Shown in pieces: positions 58,960 through 64,000 of a DNA stretch of 64,000 bases. The DNA lies in contig CAXXWQ010000004.1 in NCBI GenBank assembly GCA_963674945.2, positions 1,728,001-1,792,000 on the forward strand, in the 5' to 3' direction. The notes under the pieces were generated by a model. It did no database searches. It was given only the letters and a program-made list of their open reading frames with translations, and was not told where the DNA came from. Both the position numbers and the translations under genes were made by a program. Position 1 is the stretch's first letter. Every line of letters starts with the position of its first letter. The stretch comes from an uncultured Desulfosarcina sp. (GTDB lineage Bacteria > Desulfobacterota > Desulfobacteria > Desulfobacterales > Desulfosarcinaceae).

Positions 58960-60436
58960 AGCGCCCCCACATGCCGGCCGCCATCATGGACTCAGCCAAG
59001 ATCTTGGACAGCTTTCCGGTACCGGCCTGGTCCTTGAGCATCTGAGATAAAAGCGCTTCGAGTTCTTCCCAGGAGGTTGCCTGTTCGGCTGCGGCCAGGA
59101 TGTCGGCCGTGATTTTATTGCGATGGGGGATGGCTCCTGGAACTACCGAGTCCACCAGATCCTCGATGGCCTGTTGCTCTTTTGTAAAGCGGCCGGCCTC
59201 GGCAAATTCTTTCTGCGTGGTCGGACTGGAAGAAGACGAGATCTCAAGCGTGGCCTCGCCTTTTTCGGCCAGGGGGATCCCGTAGGTCTCTGTGATGTAG
59301 CTTTCCGGCACGCGCTTGCCCATACCCATGTCGACCAAAAGGATTTTATCCCGCTCGGCAAGCTCCTTGAGATCCTGTTCGTCCTCGGTGCGGATCCACA
59401 ATGACGGGTAGTTGACCACATCGCTAAAATTGAAATCCACGATCCACCGGATCAAGGTGGCGTTCATGGTTTCGCAGAAAAGATCGGCATCCGCCTTGAC
59501 GATGTCCTGGCGAACATCGTCATGCACCTGGCCCAGGGCGTAGGATCCTCCGTCCTCTCCGCTGGTGGTAAGCGTCTGGCCCAACACCGCCTTGCTGATC
59601 TGATAATCCATGTAGTCGCAAAGATTCTCGTAGCTGGCCTTGCCGCCGCGCGTGGCCTCGAGAAGTTCGATCACCATCGTGTCCGGGATCTTGACACCGG
59701 TCTCGGTGTAAATGGCGTCGATGGCGGCAAGCAGTGCCGCCTGCTGTTTGGGATCGGTTCCCGGGGGATATTTGCCCACCGGCGTGGGCATGCCGAACTT
59801 TTCCAAAAACACCAGCCACCACTTGATGCCGTGCTTTTTAAACCATACCGGCCACCACAGCTTTTGTCCCAGGCCCTTGCCGTACGGGTTGTCCGAACTG
59901 CCCCAGGTGAAGATGACGAACTTTCGGTCAGGCAAAAGTTCACCTTCAATCATGTTCTCCGGCGTTAACAGGCGGGGATTGCGGTCATGGTCGAACACGA
60001 AACGACGCGGATGCTTTTCCACCAGTTTGTCCGGCACCCATTTGCCGCCCTTTGAGCGCCACATCACCTCGGCGGGATAATAGCCGTAGAGAACGGCCTG
60101 CATGATCTCCTGGATCGCCCGGGAGAAGTTGCAATCGTCGACAGCGTCCTTGACGAAATCGGCGATCTTTTGGGCCTGGGCGCTGTCGTCGGCCGGCAGC
60201 ACTTCCCATTGGCGGCCGGCCACGGCCAGGTATCGGGTCTGCAGCACGCTTCCCGCATGGGCGTCACGGTCTACCTCGTCGTAGAGTTTGAGGCCCTTGC
60301 CGCCGGCCTCGGTTCGAAGGACCGGGTCCGGGTTCTCCAGCCGATTGATCCATCCGGCAAAGATGTCTATGTCCTTGGCCGTGGTGGCGATCTCGTCGAC
60401 GATAGGTGTACTGTTCGTTTTTTTGGAATCGGTCAT
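58946..60436 (-). CDS. Portal protein (DUF935, Mu gp29-like)
   Basis: FLEKFGMPTPVGKY, ISKAVLGQTLTT, GSYALGQVH; likely start MTDSKK. Confidence 0.92.
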   Translation of the reverse strand: MTDSKKTNSTPIVDEIATTAKDIDIFAGWINRLENPDPVLRTEAGGKGLKLYDEVDRDAHAGSVLQTRYLAVAGRQWEVLPADDSAQAQKIADFVKDAVDDCNFSRAIQEIMQAVLYGYYPAEVMWRSKGGKWVPDKLVEKHPRRFVFDHDRNPRLLTPENMIEGELLPDRKFVIFTWGSSDNPYGKGLGQKLWWPVWFKKHGIKWWLVFLEKFGMPTPVGKYPPGTDPKQQAALLAAIDAIYTETGVKIPDTMVIELLEATRGGKASYENLCDYMDYQISKAVLGQTLTTSGEDGGSYALGQVHDDVRQDIVKADADLFCETMNATLIRWIVDFNFSDVVNYPSLWIRTEDEQDLKELAERDKILLVDMGMGKRVPESYITETYGIPLAEKGEATLEISSSSSPTTQKEFAEAGRFTKEQQAIEDLVDSVVPGAIPHRNKITADILAAAEQATSWEELEALLSQMLKDQAGTGKLSKILAESMMAAGMWGRYAGR

Positions 60437-60449
60437 GAGTAAAACTGCC

Positions 60450-61997
60450 TTATCGGATAAATCTTTCCATACGGGTAAAGTCCCTCTTACAGCCGGTGCT
60501 CTCGAACTCGATGTTGCCCACCATGCCGCTTTGCAATCCGTGGATGGCCATTTCGGAAGCGTCCGGTCCGTCATCGTGTACCGATGGCGTCAGCAGATAG
60601 ACAAACTGCTCCACGAGAACGTTCTGGTCGCTGTGATTCTTTTCGAACCGGAGCTTGCCGTATTCCCACAGATACGCGCAGGTCCCGACGATCCGCCCCT
60701 CTTTGTTGGTGTTGTGCTGAACGGGCCGCCAGGGCAGAAATCGGCCGGCTTTCTTGGCATAGTTGCTGATGGCCTCGTGCAGAAAATCCTTGAGCATGTT
60801 CTCTTCGATGAACACGGATGCGCTCTGGTACTGGTCGTGTTGACTGTAGGCGGCGGCGAACATCTCTCCGATGGAGCGCTTTTTGAGCCAGGCGTGAAGG
60901 CAGAAAAATACCATCTCCAAAGGGTTTAAGCCGAAGGTCACCACGGCCCGAAAGTCGTTGTTCTCTCCGGCTTTTGCCGACGGGTCGATGGCGGTGGCGG
61001 TAATTAAGGGGACATCGACCAGGTGGATACGCTCGAAGTGTTTCTTCTGCTCTTCCGGGAATGGCGAATCCTCCACCGCGACACGGTTCATCATTTCTCG
61101 GTTGAAATCGAACGTGCCCATATCCCGCTTTTTCTTCAGCAATCTTTCCATCGGCCACTGGGCCGGCCATAGCGGCCTGGCATCGTCGGTGTCCGGATCG
61201 AGGATCGCCTGGTACACCTTGGACGGATAAAGGGACTCGCCGGTATCGTCGTCTTTCATGGCGATGAGCTGGGCGATGGCGGATCGCGGGTGAAAGAGGT
61301 TGCCCACCATAAGGGCATTGTAGCCCTTGCCCATCGATCCGATAACGGTTCCCCGTATCCAGCTGATCAGCTTTTTCACGCGATTGGGATTTTCGACGTT
61401 CTCATCGTTTTCCATATCGTCGAAACGGGCATAGTCGGGACGGTGCGGCCCGTTTCGTAAACCGCGCACCTTGTCCTTGCGGCCACGGGCCAGAACCCAT
61501 GCGCCCTTTTTGGTTTTGAAGTCGTCATCCGACCAGTTTTTGGTCGTAAGGTTGCCGAAGTCGTGGCGGATGCGAGGGTTTTCCTCCAGCTCCAGCTTGA
61601 TGGCCACCGTGAACTCCTGGGCCTGGTCATGGGTGTCGGAAATGATCAGGGCGAACTTGGTCAGATCATGGCAGATGACATGCAAAGGATCGCCGAAGGT
61701 AAAGAACGTGGACTTGGCGTGTTCCCTGGGAGCACCGACCAGGCCGAACTGGTCTTCCAGTTCCGTGAAATCCTGCCATTCGTGATGAAAGTCGCCGAAC
61801 GATGACGTGAAATAATGCGGCATGTACGTCCGCATGAAGTACATCTTGTCGCCGAGGGAGCGTGTGACACGGGCCTTTTTCTTTGCCGGCGTATCGTTTG
61901 AAAACGGAGACACGCTTTCCTTGATGAAAGCCCGCAGCTGGGCGACCTGCTTATCGTATTGGCCCTCGCTGATTTTCGGTCGCTTACGCATTGCCAT
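60450..61997 (-). CDS. Terminase large subunit
   Basis: APREHAKST (Walker A), RPDYARFDD (Walker B), AIDPS and HDDGPDA nuclease motifs. Confidence 0.92.
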   Translation of the reverse strand: MAMRKRPKISEGQYDKQVAQLRAFIKESVSPFSNDTPAKKKARVTRSLGDKMYFMRTYMPHYFTSSFGDFHHEWQDFTELEDQFGLVGAPREHAKSTFFTFGDPLHVICHDLTKFALIISDTHDQAQEFTVAIKLELEENPRIRHDFGNLTTKNWSDDDFKTKKGAWVLARGRKDKVRGLRNGPHRPDYARFDDMENDENVENPNRVKKLISWIRGTVIGSMGKGYNALMVGNLFHPRSAIAQLIAMKDDDTGESLYPSKVYQAILDPDTDDARPLWPAQWPMERLLKKKRDMGTFDFNREMMNRVAVEDSPFPEEQKKHFERIHLVDVPLITATAIDPSAKAGENNDFRAVVTFGLNPLEMVFFCLHAWLKKRSIGEMFAAAYSQHDQYQSASVFIEENMLKDFLHEAISNYAKKAGRFLPWRPVQHNTNKEGRIVGTCAYLWEYGKLRFEKNHSDQNVLVEQFVYLLTPSVHDDGPDASEMAIHGLQSGMVGNIEFESTGCKRDFTRMERFIR

Positions 61998-62475
61998 TGA
62001 TACACTCCAGCTTGAACGCCATCGTCAGGGCGTCGAAATTCGTTGCCAGTACTTTCAATCCTTCCGGGTCGTTCTCCCTGAGCCATCCGGCGATCCATTG
62101 CAGATTTTCGAGAAAAACCTTGGGTCGGTCGAATGAAGGTCCGGTTTCCATTTGCTCCCACCTTTGAACCAGGGTGCCCAACTTGGTGACGGCATCCAGG
62201 CTGACCGCCGTGACCTGCCCGGGGGACGTATTTTCTATTTCTCCAAGCTCCCGGTCGAAAAGGTCTCGCAATCGCTGGGCGTTGTTTCTCTTTTGCTGCC
62301 TGGCACGGTCCCATTCGTCCAGCTCGTCGGACGGCCGTTTGCTGTCCGCCTTCCACTGGCTTAACGTTTGGCGGCTGACGGAAAGGGCCTCCTCGATGGC
62401 GGTCAGGCCGGCGCCTTCGGCGTACATGCGCATGGCCACGTCATACAGCCGGGCCTTGTCTCCCTTGGCGGCCAT
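61984..62475 (-). CDS. Putative terminase small subunit (DUF1804-like HTH)
   Basis: N-terminal HTH IEEALSVSRQTLSQWK...WDRAR; overlaps terL. Confidence 0.75.
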   Translation of the reverse strand: MAAKGDKARLYDVAMRMYAEGAGLTAIEEALSVSRQTLSQWKADSKRPSDELDEWDRARQQKRNNAQRLRDLFDRELGEIENTSPGQVTAVSLDAVTKLGTLVQRWEQMETGPSFDRPKVFLENLQWIAGWLRENDPEGLKVLATNFDALTMAFKLECINGNA

Positions 62476-62720
62476 CAGGCCAGCTCCTTTTGCAGTCGTG
62501 CGATCTCCGATAGCGCCACTTGGAGTTCTCCCCAGGCTGTCGTCAGTTCGTCCATCTGCTCGGCGATCACGGGTACATCGAGATCATCCACCGGTGTTAA
62601 AAGCGTGTTCAGGCCGGTCCGGATCATCCGGCAATTGCCCTCGATGCGAAGTCTAAGGCGGGCCGCCAGGTCGGTTTTTTCTGAAAGCTTTACTCTCATG
62701 GCGGCGCGTTCAAGATTCAT
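62475..62720 (-). CDS. Phage coiled-coil hypothetical protein
   Basis: Translationally coupled on both sides. Confidence 0.7.
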   Translation of the reverse strand: MNLERAAMRVKLSEKTDLAARLRLRIEGNCRMIRTGLNTLLTPVDDLDVPVIAEQMDELTTAWGELQVALSEIARLQKELA

Positions 62721-63100
62721 TCGCTCGGTCCTTTCTCCCGGACGAGGGGGCAGAAGGTATTATTCTTGATGGCCTCGGTAAGCTGGGTTTGGGCCTGGGT
62801 GTTAAGAGAGACCACCGAGATCAGTTCTGTGTAAAGCCTGTCCTGGCGCTCGCATATGCTGTTGTAGTCTTTGACCAGGTTGACGTTGTTCTCGTACAGG
62901 TGCTTGATCTCGGCCACGTCTTCTTTGTACTGGGTCAAGATGGCATTGACGGCCCGCTCGCGCTCGGCGATCTCCTTGTTTCTCAGCTCGTCTTTTCGTT
63001 GATCGCGCCGGTTATCAAAATGCCAGATGATAAAGATTACTCCGGGCAGGCCCAGCAGGTTGATGATCAAGGTTGCCAATGGCAAAGAGATCGCCTCCAC
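62717..63100 (-). CDS. Phage membrane protein (N-terminal TM + coiled coil)
   Basis: TM LIINLLGLPGVIFIIW; lysis-region position. Confidence 0.7.
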   Translation of the reverse strand: MEAISLPLATLIINLLGLPGVIFIIWHFDNRRDQRKDELRNKEIAERERAVNAILTQYKEDVAEIKHLYENNVNLVKDYNSICERQDRLYTELISVVSLNTQAQTQLTEAIKNNTFCPLVREKGPSE

Positions 63101-63304
63101 TTATCCCTTCCTTTCGAATTGGGTTTGACAAAAGATGCATCGAGTGCAGCCTTGGGCCGAGTTCCTTCTCTGTTCCGGGATCTCGCTTCCGCAATCCTCG
63201 CAAAAGGTTGCGGATATTGCAGGTTTCTGCCGCGACAGGTGGTTGGCCAGGGCGGTCTGCAAAAAGAAGTCGGCCGCACGTCGACCGCGATCCGGGCCGT
63301 CCAT
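63101..63304 (-). CDS. TraR/DksA C4-type zinc finger protein
   Basis: CEDCGSEIPEQRR...CTRCIFCQ. Confidence 0.85.
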   Translation of the reverse strand: MDGPDRGRRAADFFLQTALANHLSRQKPAISATFCEDCGSEIPEQRRNSAQGCTRCIFCQTQFERKG

Positions 63305-63305
63305 G

Positions 63306-63779
63306 CTATCCCTTGCTGCCGGTGACGAGTCGGACGATCTTTTCCATATTGGCGTTGGCCACCCCTTTTTTTTCTGCGCTGCGGCCGATCACCCAGATGG
63401 AGGTAACACCTCCCCAGGCGGTCCAGAAAGAAGTCGGCAGGGTCAGTTCCGGCATATTGGCCAGGGGCTCGCCGGTGGCTATCAGCACGATCCAGGCGGT
63501 AATGGGAAACACCACATGGACGAGTCCGATGAAGGCCAGGCCGGCGTAAACGATCATGGGCCGGGCGCGTTTGGTAAAGGCGTCCCCCTGGTTCATTTCT
63601 GCGACGATGATGCTGCGCTTGGCATCGATCAGGGCGTCTTCCCGTTTTTGCAAAAGTTCCTGGAGTTGCAGGGTGGCGTTGGCCTTTTCGCCGTCCGACA
63701 TCTTGGCGGGCAAAAATCGTTCGACCACCGATTTGGCCAAATCCGCAACCGATCCGATGCCGGTCAAATCAAGTCCCAT
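63306..63779 (-). CDS. Holin (3TM/GTA-holin-like family)
   Basis: IVAEMNQGDAFTKRARP, two TM segments, IGRSAEK. Confidence 0.75.
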   Translation of the reverse strand: MGLDLTGIGSVADLAKSVVERFLPAKMSDGEKANATLQLQELLQKREDALIDAKRSIIVAEMNQGDAFTKRARPMIVYAGLAFIGLVHVVFPITAWIVLIATGEPLANMPELTLPTSFWTAWGGVTSIWVIGRSAEKKGVANANMEKIVRLVTGSKG

Positions 63780-63791
63780 GTTCGATTCCTC

Positions 63792-64000
63792 TTAAAAATG
63801 CTCGTGGATGGTTAACGATGCCGACTCATATGGGCGCAGGGTTTCCATGACCTTTCGAAACGTGTTGCCCGAGTTGAGGACTGCGCGGTGTTCTCCGAGT
63901 TTGCCGAAGTGCTCGGCCAGGAGAATGCAGCCTTCAGTTTCGTCCACCTTATTGCCTGGATGCATCAGCACGTGATCCCTTCCGGGTACGTCGCAAATCT
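63792..64000 (-). CDS. DUF5675-like protein (probable endolysin), 3' part only
   Basis: Manual translation ...VPGRDHVLMHPGNKVDETEGCILLAEHFG...HEHF*. Confidence 0.75.
   Translation of the reverse strand, partial: ICDVPGRDHVLMHPGNKVDETEGCILLAEHFGKLGEHRAVLNSGNTFRKVMETLRPYESASLTIHEHF

Larger units (their letters stand above)
39804..64000 (-). mobile_element. Mu-like transposable prophage, late half (right end to lysis genes), continues past the window
   Basis: Mu gene order terS-terL-portal(DUF935)-F-G-I-capsid-gp36-gp37-tail-TMP, methylase at the mom position, TG terminus with repeated sites. Confidence 0.93.

Noticed and set aside
1..64000. tRNA, rRNA or known riboswitches
   Set aside because: None recognised by eye in the intergenic regions; a covariance search would be needed to exclude them

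Overview
Bacterial chromosome, probably a Desulfobacterales / Desulfosarcina-like sulfate reducer (inferred from gene content and intergenic repeat style). Bases 1 to ~39,800 are host DNA: a GntR regulator, ADP-forming acyl-CoA synthetase, pentapeptide protein, alr, a stand-alone archaeal-type ThrRS editing domain, a TetR + TolC/MacAB-type efflux operon, a four-lipoprotein LpoB/LPP20 operon, glpD, a gyrA-gpsA-radC-pgk cluster, an ECF sigma/anti-sigma/lepB unit and an AlaC-like aminotransferase. From ~39,804 to beyond the window end lies the late half of a Mu-like transposable prophage on the minus strand: lysis, terminase, portal, F, G, I, capsid, gp36/gp37, tail tube, a frameshifted tail chaperone, tape measure and tail-tip genes. 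No sheath gene is seen, so it is probably a siphovirus. A candidate right end (TGAAGCG plus 23-bp-spaced TGACATAACTC repeats) is visible. Where Mu has gin/com/mom, this prophage carries a secreted FN3 protein with a GGGGCF tail, a Dam-type methylase behind a structured leader, and an EcoRI-family methylase + DUF262-HNH nuclease pair that is a candidate defence module. All family assignments come from motif recognition by eye; no searches were run.
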